Below the pieces are notes generated by a model. It ran no database searches, was not told the origin of the DNA, and saw nothing but the letters and a program-made list of their open reading frames with translations. Both the position numbers and the translations under genes were made by a program. A DNA stretch of 55,326 nucleotides, filler included, from Platydemus manokwari (taxonomy: Eukaryota): assembly GCA_037951405.1 (NCBI GenBank). It is 5 parts of 5 records of this genome, joined end to end, with 100 filler letters (N's around TTAATTAATTAA, not from the genome) between each part and the next. Parts side by side here need not be neighbours in the genome. Positions count along the whole stretch, not along the records: positions 1 to 8,755 come from JBBMOY011355426.1; positions 8,856 to 17,662 come from JBBMOY011346871.1; 3 more parts are not named here. The stretch is one strand, 5' to 3'. Positions 1-12,920 of the stretch are shown here, in pieces (the stretch's first letter is position 1; each line of letters opens with the position of its first letter).

Positions 1-3000
1 ATTAAATTTATTCATTGAAATACAAATTTTAACTCATTTTTGTAAAAGCCGGAATCATACTAATACACCTAATACATTTACTAGTCATATATCTAAAAAA
101 TGCCCATTGTATTCATAAGAGAACGTTTATATGACATGTTTATAATTTGTTGTTAAATGATAACCAAGTAATAATATTCGATATTGGTTAGTAGTTAAAA
201 CTAAATAAAACTTGACCAATGGTAGTAAATTTATTGAAATTTAGAAAATCAGCATAATTATTACAATGACATGAAATCGGAGTCCGATTACGAAAGGTTC
301 CACGACTCAAAGATTAAGTGATATCGATTTTGTAATGGTTTGAATACTCAACAGTTAGTGAATTATAGAAAAATTGTTGTAATTCTTTATTTTGATATAA
401 AAATTAATTACCTTTTATAAATTAGACATTCATTTAAATTATTTTGTTAAAGTATTTATAAAATGTTTCTTATTTTATATGAATTATACCAAATTATATT
501 TACTAATAGCTTTGAAATCGTTTTAGAAATGCCATTGATTTATCATGAAAATAATCGTTTAAGGTCAACTAATAAAATTATTTTGTTATGATTTTAGAAA
601 TTAAATCATTAAAATAAACAAAAAGTTTGAAAATTATTTTCTTTTCATTTTTTCAAATTAAACCTTAAAATTATAGCTAAAATTGATAATTGTTTTATTT
701 GATGTAATCATTTGATAATATTAATAATTTCGTTTTATATACATCCAACTTACTTCTAAGATTTTATTACTTGAACACATCAATTCAAAAACAAAAAAAT
801 TTGAAAATAACTTTCAACGAAAAATATTTTTAAATTTTAAAATTATTAAGATAAGGATTTCTCAAATATTTGATTAAAAAAAATAATGTACTTGATTCGT
901 ATTCGTTATTCACTTTGATATGATGATTGTTGGTGACCATGATTTGTGAATGTGGATAAAGTCGACCGCTACTGTGAGCAGGCCAATTATCGAGAACCTT
1001 TGATGAAACCTAATATGATAAAGAAAATAATTAAATTGTTGTGATTTATAGAAAGAAAATTATTATCAAAAATAGTATGAATGGCTTTTGAAATATACAA
1101 TGAGAATTTTCCGATCGTTACACAATCGCAAAGAAATGTCTAAAAATTTATTATTTATAAATAATATTATAAAGAATATTACAAATAATTGTGTGATCAA
1201 ATAAATAAATTAATAACTCAGGGTAGTGTTTGAAAGTGTTTAATTCAAAAAAATTCGCTTTTAGAACTCCAAAAACTCTAAAAATTCGCAAGTCGCTGAT
1301 TCCGGAATTGGTTTATACATTGTGATTCATCAAAAATCCTACAAAAATAATGGATTTTCGACTTTTAATTTATTATTTCTTATCTATTTATTGTAGATAT
1401 AATTGATATTATGATTTAAACACATCATTGAACGAAACCAAAGTATGCATAGGAGTGAAAGCCAGTTTTAAGATTTAATTTCAATCTTCAAAGGATCAAT
1501 TCACCTCATGTCATCTTTTTACACTCTTTATTTGATCTCGATACTAATTATCTTCAATATATTTTTGTCACCATGAAATTTAATATCGAAAACACAACGA
1601 TTTTTCTTAACTATAATACTTGGTTTGTCTCGATATACTCGGTCTTTATTTTCAATACCAAACTCATATATTTGAGACAATATTTCCATTATTTCCTCCG
1701 TTAATATTAATGTTGGCATCACTGAACTTTTAATTAACCTAATAGTTTCCTCAAATATTCATAATCGTTAATAATTCTAATAGTACTAGGAGTCTATTAT
1801 AATTTTGAGTCAACTCAGCTTGAAAATTTTCCATTATTTCCATAAATAAATCTGAGAACAGCTTTACCAAATGATATATAGTTGAAAAGAAAATAAGCTT
1901 AGAAAAATTATATTATATAGTTAGATCAAATCATATGTTGGGATACTTAGGTAGTATTTGGAATTGATATTATTGTGCATTGAAGTCCGTATAATTATCT
2001 CGGCCTTTGGAGTTAGACTCAATTTATTTTCTCATTCATTAATTTACCCTTACTTGAAATCATGACAATTTTATAATCGAACAGTATTTTCGGATGTGTA
2101 CTCATTTTGTTTATCAACTCTACATCTCTCGGATTGAAAAAGCTAAAACTATCTGATCAGCATCTACGTACATTTTATATTAGCATAATGAGTTTATATC
2201 ATTAGTTTGGTAAGTCTTTCAATGGAAATGGATTCATTTTAGTAAAAATAAAATATTCCAGACTATTAACCATCATTTTATTCTAATCTAATAAAGAAAT
2301 CTACTGTAGAATTAGGTTTGCGTACCAATTTAATTAAAGAAAATTAATAATTCAAAGGCCAGATTGAAATTATTCAATTTATTGATAAAATTTCAAAGTA
2401 AAATCGTCAGTTTAAATGTTGGTATTTAATATTAGTATGCAGCGAAATAAACATGCCATGCATTTTTCAATAATGATGTCGCCATTTGAAAATATTAGAC
2501 ATTACCAAACAGTTCGTGACAATTCTAAAAAACTAATTAAAGTCTTTTGATGAAAACATTGTCAAATCAATCAGCAAAATTCAAATATCAGTATGTCACA
2601 AGAAAGCCATAAGTTCAAAATGTCGTTTCGACTAAACAAATTGATAAAAAATGACACCGTTCTAATATGAAGCTGCAAATAAAAGTAAATCACATTATGG
2701 ATTTTTTTTTTAATTTAAATCTTTTGAAAGATAAAAAATTTTTAACCAATTATAAATTTATTTCATTTAATAAGTAAAAAAAACAATTTGCATTGAAAAC
2801 TTTTATTTTATCAAATAATGTTCAAACTCTACTTTCATAAGGAGCAAAATAATTAAGGATTCAAATCCACTGATAATTATCAAATCCACATAGTAGTTGG
2901 TCAAAAATTTATGCTGACCTTTAACATATTGGGACTCATAGCACAACATAGTATAAAATGTAAAACAAATAATAAAATGAATTGACAAGGATCATATTCA

Positions 3001-4522
3001 CCATCAATGAAATGAGGGGATATCTTATTCAGACAAGATTTTGATGGTATAGCTTATATCATTAACATGGTAATTCATTTATTTAATATTATATAATTTT
3101 TTATTTTCACACCAAAATAATTAGACTTTGAATACGAATTAATAAATGGTGCTTATCAATATATGCAATGTAATTACCATGAACACCTATGGGTGCTTCA
3201 TTGTATAAGTTTTTCTCCCTTACAAATAAACCCACAAAAATTCATTTACACAAGCTTGATTGACAACAGCAAACAGTGATGTGTTTGATGAAAAACGAAA
3301 CGAATGAAAGGTTTTAGAAGGTTATTATGATAAATTATTTAACAAATTCTCGTAAAAGTACACAAATTAAAAAATATTTCTAAAACAAAAATACCGTTTT
3401 ATGCAGGCATGCAGGATTGATAAATTTCTGATTATTTATTGTATAAAATGATGTATCCTTTTGATTCTAAAAACCATTGTTATCATAAATGAAATCAAAT
3501 AGATAGTACCTCTTTATTTTCAATGAATGAAGATGCACCAGACATGTTTGACGAGTAGAATGGAAGATTATTATTAAATATGTTATTTCATACTCGAGTT
3601 GTATTGATTTGAATTTAAACTATTTTCTAGATTAATATTATTTTGAAAATTTAAATTCAATATATCGTAATTTCTCGTCCACAGATTATATAAAACAATC
3701 AATATTAATAGAAGCTACATACAGAGGTAAAGCTTTCATTTATGCACACTTATATTTCGACGCAGGGCTCTATTTTCTGTCCTTTTCATCTTTGTGTGTG
3801 AATTGCATTTATTAATCGTCTGATCATTTCAGTTTTATGTGCGGATTATATAAAAGATTCAAAAAGAACATAAGGCTATTTTCTTAATCCCGCATTATAT
3901 TGGAAGTTAATGTTATACCAATTATAAATAGTTAATTCTCAATAATGTGGTCTGCTGGTAATTAATTAATCTATTGAAAACAAAAGAAAATCAATGCATA
4001 AAAGTTATTTACAAAATTTTAAAATCCTCACACAGTCCGTGTATCCAACACTGTGAAAATGCTTAATAAATTATTCATATTTTTTTTATTTATTTAAAAA
4101 CTTTTAGCATTCAAAAGAAAATATATTTTTTCATCAAAATCCCTGGTAAACAATCGCACATTATCGTTTTCAACAACTAATGGAGTTTATGAGAAAATAC
4201 ATCTTGATAATGATATTGGTTTCTATGATAACGCATGAAAATATTACATCAATCAAATTTTATCATTAACTCTAAAAATATTTCTACTCAATAATAATTT
4301 TATTTTTCTAATCATTTCATCTGAAAAAAATTAAAAAAAATAAAAATTATATTTATTTATTTACAATAATATTTCCAATTTAATATTGATGCATATAAGT
4401 GATAAAAGATATATTCTGGTGATATTATTATTGATATTATTAACAATATTATTGTTGATTAAATTGTTATTACTAGAACATTATTCAATACAGTCTAGTG
4501 GGATACCTAATCGATATTATAT

Positions 4523-5449
4523 ATAGGGGCCGACAAAAAAAAATTTCGTTTTTATCAGTAAGAAAATATCTGAAGATCAAAGTTAAAATTTTCTAGGTAG
4601 ATCTTTCTCAGATAAATTTTATAAGGTAGATCATTAACAAGACTGGAAAAATCAATTTTTAAATTTAAATAAATAAATTAGAGTTGTTTAAATGATTTAG
4701 GCTAAACGATAAAAGCAAATAAATGCGATATAAATTCATTTGTTATATCTTTAACACGAAACAACTTTTCGGCTACCGAAATCCATCACTCTCTTGTTGA
4801 AAGTTGGGGAACAGGGATCAGCATCAGCCTTCGGAGAGTACAGCATATTACCAACGAGTTTCAGGCAACAGCAGACACTGCAGAAGTGCGTAAAATAAAA
4901 GAGGATTGCCATTGCTGCCCAGTTATTTCAAGTGTCACTGACATTAAAGAGACGTGTGTTCATCGCATATTGAAACAAGAATTTGGAAAGAAGTCACTTT
5001 GCAGCAGATGGGTTCCTCATATTCCGACGGATAATAAGAAGAGAATCAGAGTCACTTACTGTCAATAAATATTAAATGTTTATTCGGAAATTAAAGCTAA
5101 GGAAAAGATCATAGAGATCGATGAAAAATGGATTTACCTTCAAAACGTACTTCTAAAAGAATTCAACCGTGTTTGATTGGGTGTCACAGGTGATCATCTA
5201 GATATTGCTAGGCGGATAATATCTGATCTCAAAGTTCTGATTATAAGTGCCAGAAACTATACAAAATCACTCACGTATTTCGAAATTCTTCACGACGGTG
5301 GATCCATCAATGCTAAGAGATACCTACAATTCCTGCAGAATATGATTTTAAACTTTGAAACAAGACTACCTATTTGGGAAATGGTCATTCAGTATGAAAA
5401 TGCCAGTCTTCACGAGCACAGAAAATTTTCCCTTGTACAGGAAATGTAA
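4523..5449 (+). mobile_element. Mariner (Tc1/mariner) transposon remnant: 5' end plus truncated transposase pseudogene
   Basis: One frame from about 4706 to 5449 with two in-frame stops (5066, 5174). It reads an HTH segment (RNNFSATEIHHSLVESWG...LRRVQ), the mariner linker SRWVPH, a first-Asp motif IIEIDEKWIY and a decayed second motif IQYENASLH (cf. HDNARPH). The YSPDLAP motif and 3' TIR are absent. A candidate 5' TIR, TAGGGGCCGACAAAAAAAAATTTCG, lies at about 4524. Confidence 0.9.
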
Positions 5450-6961
5450 ATTGAATAGTGTTTCATCGTTAGGATAGTTTTTCAATGAAATTGTTTTCGC
5501 CTCAAATTTGATAATTTTTGTTTTTATTCTTACTCAGGTTTACCACTAGAATTCATTGGGTTCACGGAGAATTTCCTATTATTAACTCTCCTGCAACGTT
5601 CTTTCGTTGATGCTATGGATATTGATAGTGCTTCGTTTGAATGAATAATAAATTATTTATGTGTTATTAATTATTTATATGTTATGTTTAAAATTAATTT
5701 AAGATTAAAAAATTTAAATTATAGTTCAAAAATTATTAAAAATCCTATTGTAGATTGTTCGCTAGTTGACAATGTTAGCAAGAGATATTTCATTTAAAAT
5801 TTGAAATTCGCTACAATTAGTCATCAGAAAGTTTTTCTAAAAATATTTTTTTTAAACAAATTACAACACTTCCAAGATAGTTTTAATTATCGGAAATCAT
5901 AATCAGGAATATAAATATTAAAATATATAAATAAAAATGTCTAAACAATTTGAAAATAATTTCTTTATAAATTTATAATTTATCCATTAAAATTCAAATT
6001 GTCTCAAACACTTAAAATGAAAACATATTTAAATAATTCATTTTTAAAATTATTATCACAGATAGTATTAATAATTTTCCAATTTTAAATCTTCCTAACA
6101 CATTTATATTCAACTAATTTTATCTTAATGATTTTTCAAGACATCAATAGTCTCTTGTAATATTTCAAGGCCTCTCAATCTTTATTAATATTACAACTAT
6201 AATAATTTATCAAGATCGCAATCAGATTTTTAACTCATATTTATCAATTTTTGTTTATCGTTTTTATATACACATTATTTTAATATTTTAATATCTATGT
6301 TATTATGCTATTTCAATGATTAATGTTTCTAATATTCTTTGATATTATTAATAATAATAAATTATATTATTATTATTATTAATACATAATACATTATTTA
6401 AATGAAATACCAATTTCATAATTTCCATAATGTTGGGTATTTACTAATGATGATGAACTAAATGGTTTCTATTAAACAAACAAAATGAAAAAAAACAGAT
6501 TAATAAATTTTTCGACATGAAAATAAATTCCACTTCATGACATGAAATCAAGCAATTAATTTTCAAAAAATTATTAATGAGATAAGTGAAATAATTAATT
6601 GAAATGAATGAAATCAGAAAGAAATCTAAATAAGCAAATAATTCAACAATTACAATAATAATATTTACAGTTCTTTATCAATTTTATAATTCTACAATAA
6701 TAATAATTATTATTAAACATTAACAAATTAATCTTCTGTTCTCTTTATTATTTTAAAAACCTGTTTTAAATGAATTTAGAAAGGTTTTTCTCACTAAAAT
6801 ATGTGATTCGAAAATACATTCGAATTCTATTGAAAAATATTTTAATGGTCTGTTAGAGTTACATCATTGACACTTCCAGACATAATATTTATTTAAAAAA
6901 CTGAACTAATCCACCAATCACTTAGTTAAAACAAACACAACGTGTTTTTTAATTTAACAAA

Positions 6962-7049
6962 TGTAAGCCGCTACTATTTTATAGAAAACCCATCGAAAAC
7001 GATACAAATTTAAATCTTGGAATACTAAATTCAGTTTAATATTCTCACA
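6962..7049 (-). mobile_element. LTR of the TRIM-like family (plus a little decayed internal sequence)
   Basis: TGTAAGCCGCTACTATTTT...AATATTCTCACA is the reverse complement of the LTR ends at 16152-16222 and matches 37173-37351. Confidence 0.6.
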
Positions 7050-7455
7050 ACCACTTTACTGTTAGTATATCTTAAAGATATTCGAATAATTTTATTACCA
7101 ATAGCAATTTAATAAAATATATTAACGAGTATAAAGTATTTGTAATGTTGAGCAACTATATTAGCATTAAGTGAAAAGAAAAGATGATAAAAATAATCTG
7201 AAATATGTTATTTGATCCAACATTTCAGTCTTGTCTATAAAAGAGAATAAGCATTAACATCTGATATTTGATTCGAATATAATAAATAAATGCATTTTCA
7301 CTGTGATATGTGAGTCAAATTTTGATTAAAATTTGAATTATATTGTAATTTTGTTTACAAAACAAAAAATATTCCCTATCAATAACATTTGATGTCAAGA
7401 AAATAATGTGTTTTACTGCAGGTGTTTTATTTATTTTTAATTATTATATTTTGTT

Positions 7456-7670
7456 TCATGTAAAAGATTCATGTGATATGTGATTCGATATTATTTCTTT
7501 GGTACTCACTAGGCTTGTTGTTTTTCTGTTCATATGTTATGGTTTTCTCTATCTATGTTTTAGAACTTTTCGAGCAGTGCGTATATATTTTCATTTAAAA
7601 TTTTTATTAACTTTTCTCAATATTTTCTTTGTTATTTATTTTTTATTTATTCTATTTTATTTTTAAGTCA

Positions 7671-7717
<47 letters not shown>

Positions 7718-7871
7718 ACGCACGGCAATGCGTTAGATGTCACATTAAAACGCACTGTTGGAAAAGCTCCTCAAAATAAATTAAGAAAACCAAAATATAA
7801 TAGGAGAAAAACAAACAGCCTAATGAGTACCAAAGAAATACTAAAGAATCACATATGAATTTTACAAATGA
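7456..7871. mobile_element. MITE/foldback element with long imperfect terminal inverted repeats and an internal (TA)n
   Basis: The left arm ATGTGATTCGATATTATTTCTTTGGTACTCACTAGGC...GTTTTTCT (about 7477-7550) pairs with the right arm AGAAAAAC...GCCTAATGAGTACCAAAGAAATACTAAAGAATCACAT (about 7785-7860). No ORF; superfamily not assigned. Confidence 0.65.
7674..7713. repeat. (TA)n microsatellite
   Basis: About 20 perfect TA units. Confidence 0.95.
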
Positions 7872-8755
7872 ATCTGCAATAATTCCAATATATTACTTAT
7901 TAATATTAAAAGAAATAAAACCTTATCTTCCTAATAAGATAATCCAGGATCACATAATACTACCAGAAACTGAGCTTTGTATGTCTTTCCCCGTTACTTT
8001 TTTGTTATAAAATGTGAATATTAATATAAATAATAGAAATTTTTGAAAATGAATCGTGGTATTTATGACGGTCTAATGAACGATTGACAAATCTAGCATT
8101 TAGTTCATCGATAAAACGGTTTTGTGGTCCCACCTGCTCAGAGGTAACAGGAAGCTGTTGTATATCAAATATAGATATCACATATTTTATGCATTTATAA
8201 AGATTATGGGTTAAGCATACTATTGTGTAAAAGTAGCCTTTGTAAAAATATTTCGACTTCACATTAGGGAATAAAAACAAATAACTTTATGTAAATTAAA
8301 AGCTTAACGATAGTATACTGTTATTGGAATTTTATAAAAGTGGTGGTTACTATTTTGTAATGCACTCTAAATATATTATTTTATTAAAATAAAATCCAAC
8401 AAAATATGGTTAGAGTAACCGTTAGACGAACTACAATAGATAATTCGAGTATTGGTACCATGAAACCCTCGATTCTGCAATAAAATAATTCAAGTATGCA
8501 TGACTAAATGACAAAACCGCTTTTTTGGAAGTATTGAAAATTGGGAACTTGAAGTGGTGAGTCTTATGAATATTAATGAAATTATACAGCTAAGAAAATA
8601 GCTGAAAACTGGAATAGAAATACAAATTATCTATCACGTTGCCTAGAATTTTCATTATTAAATTTCGTATCCTTTAAAATAATTAAATTCTTCACCAATT
8701 CAAGTCAGTACCATAGTCTCTGTGTATATTCGTGATGCTTAACTATTTCTATAGT

Positions 8756-8855
8756 NNNNNNNNNNNNNNNNNNNNNNNNNNNNNNNNNNNNNNNNNNNNT
8801 TAATTAATTAANNNNNNNNNNNNNNNNNNNNNNNNNNNNNNNNNNNNNNNNNNNN
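8756..8855. other. Assembly gap spacer (artificial)
   Basis: 44 N + TTAATTAATTAA + 44 N = 100 nt, identical at four places in the window. Confidence 0.97.

Positions 8856-8903
<48 letters not shown>
8856..8903. repeat. (TTA)n microsatellite at a contig end
   Basis: Perfect TTA run abutting the gap. Confidence 0.95.
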
Positions 8904-8906
<3 letters not shown>

Positions 8907-11589
8907 AAATCTACTTTACATACTCACACTACCTGAACTGATTCTGAGTTATAAATTACCTCCATTATTCTTTGTGAGAATATATTTTTTATTTCTAAAA
9001 ATTAGACTTTGTTTGCCTTTTTTAATAGATTTTGTATTTGAGGTATTGTTTTTTTTATGTTTATACTAGAAATCATTGTCAGTCTTTGATGTCGTATTTC
9101 TAATTTATATAAATATTAATAATATAAGGAATTTTATTATTTATATATTATTTTTACCATATAAGTGAGCAGGTAATTGAAAATTTTATATTCAAAAGAA
9201 ATTTTAGAAAATCAAGAAGAGGAAAAAAGGAAAAATATAATTATAATAAGAGTTATTTTTCATATCTGAAATCTAATTTTATCTGATCTCAGGTAAAAGA
9301 CTGTGTTGCTGAAAAGACGATAAATGCGAAAAATTATGAAGCAGCTTTTCAAAATCTATCCTAAAACAAAAAGACTGTACAATGCGAAAATCTGTCAAAG
9401 TTAAAAGAGCTTTAAAATCCGCCGAAGTGTGTAAAGAGGAATCATATAAAATTTCTGGGAAAATATTTGGTAAAGCGGTTGTAGAAACTCGACAGTGTGA
9501 AGGCGTATTTCATGAGAGATGTAAATACATCCATTCTGTAAATACAAGCATAAAAGTTACCAAACAAGAATCAGCACTAAGATTATTCGCAGAAATCGAT
9601 ATATTGGCTTTTAATCAACTCATAATAATCTGATTCGATCCATAATTTCCTGATAAATATTATAATAAAATTCATATAATGCTTCTTATTTTTCTCGAAT
9701 CTCTTCTAAGTTAATGGAAATAATTTCTAGAAAAGGATTAGATGTTGACGTTCATATTGTTATTATCGTCTAGGATAGTTCAACTATTTTAACATCAGTT
9801 GGAAAATTGTGGTTTCGATTATACAATGCACATAAAAATAAAAATATGAATGTAAATGGAATTTTATGGTGCTCACGTGGAAGATGAGATCCTTGTATAA
9901 AGTGTAAAGCTTAATAGTCCAGAGACCATATTAAAAAAAACAATGGGGAGAAACACAAATTTAATGACCCAACCGATTATTTGAACTGAATTGCAATGAA
10001 AAGTTACTAATAAAAATCGCTTATAGCCGTTCCCTGAGAAAGTCGATAATATCAATATTTTCTTTTCACTTAATCATAACAACAAATAATTAGCATAATT
10101 TCATACTTTTTAAAAAAAATCAATAAATAAGTTCGTTTCAAACTATCAGATATTAATTAAGAAATAAGTTTTCCCTTGGATATAATGTTTTTTTGTGCCA
10201 GAATAAGTTTGAGAAGTCAGTTTGTGCAACATGAAATATTTCATATAAACCATGGCGAGTCACGCATATAAGTCGTTTTTGCTTGGTCTCCTTCGTTGGA
10301 AAAATTATATTACAGATCGTCAAAAATATTCATGAAATGGATCTAAACTAAGAGACTGGTCAATACATAAATTGAAACACTAAAGCTTTGAATAATGTGC
10401 TAGTTTTTTAATAGCAATGTGATGAGTTCTATGATATTTAAGGGGGGCATCTGCCACCATAAATCAATTTGAATCTGTTTTCTTCGGCTCCGTTTGACGA
10501 GATGATTGATTAGATCACGATTTTCTATTTCCTGTTTTATTAAACACAATTAATTTTTCTTTTATTAAAGTTTTTTTCTTTTTTCCAATTTTCTTTTTTA
10601 TTAATTTTATTATTATTTATTTATTGATGTTTGTTTTGATCTCACAAAGATGTCAAAACGATTTTGTTAAATATTTAAAATAATTTATTGTTTCGATTTT
10701 TAAATTACGTATTCGCATGACCACTGTTTTGCAAAGGCAACACCAGCAATATGTCCGACTTGTATGGGTTCAAAATTCATACAATTATTTGATAAACTTG
10801 TTTAATCAATTTACTGATACAATATTTATTTACTGATACAAATAAATTTCGATACACAATATTTGTGGTCATAAATTTGAAAAATCTTTGAAATCTGATT
10901 TATATTTCCATATGACGAATTATATATTATTATTTTGTCAATGAATTTATACTACTCATTATTATAAGTAAATAATAATTATCAAGATATTTAATATAAT
11001 TTAAATCATAATGTGCAATTTTGGCTTGAAACTTTTCCATCTCAATCAATGTCTAAATTTCATATTATTAGGGATTAATATCAGATATTTTTAACGAAAG
11101 AAATATTAATAAAATTATTTGAGAATTACATATCCATCCATTTGTAATATCCATCCATTTACATCCAATTTTACAATAATCAATATCGACAATTTTATTA
11201 AAAAATTTTATACTGATTTAATACCCACAAAATTCCTTTGCCAACACAATTGGCATTTGCTAACGAGTAAAACAGGAAAACCTATTATTCTCGGAATTGA
11301 GTCTTTAAGATCCTGGCGTTTTTAACGAAAGTCTAATTTTACACACAATCATAAAAATACTTCACAAAATTTATTTACTTACAGTTTACAGATTTCTTTT
11401 TACTACGAACTGTCGAAAATTGCTGAGGTATTGAGTGTGACAATCTTTGAAAAAAATTAAAAACTTCTGATCTACTGTATTTTTATGTGAACAATTAATT
11501 CTTCCTCACTTTCTCAATAAAACTGTAGTTCACCATATAGCTTTCTAATATGTACAATAAGGACTGATGGGGGAATTTTGTTTGTACTC

Positions 11590-12000
11590 TCTTTGGTGAT
11601 AATGACGAACAAATCAAAAATAATCTATCAACGATTTATTACATAAATTAGTAGAAGAAATTAGAGTAGATACTCGATGATTCCATCGAAGATCTGACTT
11701 CTAACAAGTTGATAGGTTGCGCATCACTAACTTAATGAGATAATATTAACAATAACAAGAATACAATGGTAACATCTACTGAATATAGTGGCAGTTAAAA
11801 AACGTGTAATGTCGAGTTAGATAGAGTAAGTGTCCTTCCTGAAAGCAGGTACCATTCACTGGAGAGAACTAATGGTAGTCTGCTGTGATGTTAAAAGAAA
11901 ATAGAGAAGTAGATTTTAGAATCCCGTAAAACTTTGCGAGTCGTTTATAAGTAAATAATTCATAATTAATCCGCTATTGGCGATTGATGTGAATACGGTG
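11590..12000. repeat. Unclassified interspersed repeat, diverged copy 1 (copy 2 at about 31370-31740)
   Basis: Colinear shared blocks: TTCCATCRAAGATCTGRCTYCTAAC, GGAGAGAACTAA, GATTTTAGARTCC, GGMGATTGATG. Boundaries are approximate. Confidence 0.55.
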
Positions 12001-12340
12001 ATGTGTGATACAAACATCGGATTTGCCATATAGGGCATATGATCCCATTGAACTTGATCAATAACGTTTGTATTGCTAATATGTCCTTGAATAATGTATG
12101 AAATTTCCTGCTAGTGAAATATTGCTTGTAAATATAAAAATCTTTACGATCTATTTGAATCGCTCAAGTCGAAGTTGATTGAAAATTATTTGCGCGCATT
12201 TCTGCTAAAGTGGTTTGTTTAAATAATGTTTTGATTGTGGGTGAAATGACCAACTTTTGTATTTTAAGTTTTTACTGTGATGATTCAACAGGTTGCCATA
12301 GAACTGTGGATTTAATTTTGAAATTCTATGTAGATTTATG

Positions 12341-12920
12341 GGCAAACGTTAAGAAAAAGAGTCCGAAAATAAATTTTTTAATTTGTTGAGGGTATTGTAA
12401 AAATCTATATAGTTTATTTAATTATATTCTTTAAAAATATTTTGAATTTTTTATTGAAGTACTTGAGAAGAATTTTAGTTATTTGAAATCCAATATTAAA
12501 TGCAACAGAGCTTCAAAATGTCCTAAAATTTGATTATTTGAAAAAATGAAAAAAGTAGGTCGAATTGCAATTTATTGAAAATTAACGAAGGCCTCTTTTT
12601 AACATTAGAAGCAAATTGAAATATACTTTCAAATTTTCGAATTATTTTATAAAAATAACCAATGATATCATTGGGCATGTCCGAAGTTAAACAGCTCGAT
12701 TTATAATTATAAAATTTAAATTTAAAAACTCAAATAATCATATAGAAGTGTTGTGATTAGAATGGGAACTTGGTTTTGAAACTTTGTTTTGTCCCTATTA
12801 GACATCTTAAAAAGTGAAATATTAACTGGATTATACAAATAAATCAAACATCTCGATTTTATATAAAATTATCTCCTAGACGAAAATTTATTATTACGAA
12901 AGTAGTTCAAAGGACCGTTT
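12341..12920 (+). mobile_element. Non-autonomous Merlin-family element, copy A (right TIR truncated)
   Basis: Starts GGCAAACGTTAAGAAAAAGAGTCC and is colinear over about 570 nt with 42265-42835. Ends AGTAGTTCAAAGGACCGTTTT. Confidence 0.75.

Noticed and set aside
8005-8640. Possible minus-strand exons (LPVTSEQVGPQNRFIDELNARF…)
   Set aside because: The splice models need weak donors and give no recognisable protein, so they cannot be supported.
8800-8811. TTAATTAATTAA palindrome recurring four times (8800, 17707, 28663, 37531)
   Set aside because: It is always centred in exactly 44+44 Ns and gives stops in all six frames. It is a scaffolding linker, not biology, and adjacency across these gaps is unverified.
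9200-9633. ORF 9382-9633 and upstream RKNIIII motif (LINE ORF1-like)
   Set aside because: Only one short motif, and no endonuclease or RT sequence follows.
10438-10460. TTAAGGGGGGCATCT, resembling a Kolobok-type terminus
   Set aside because: No matching opposite terminus found.
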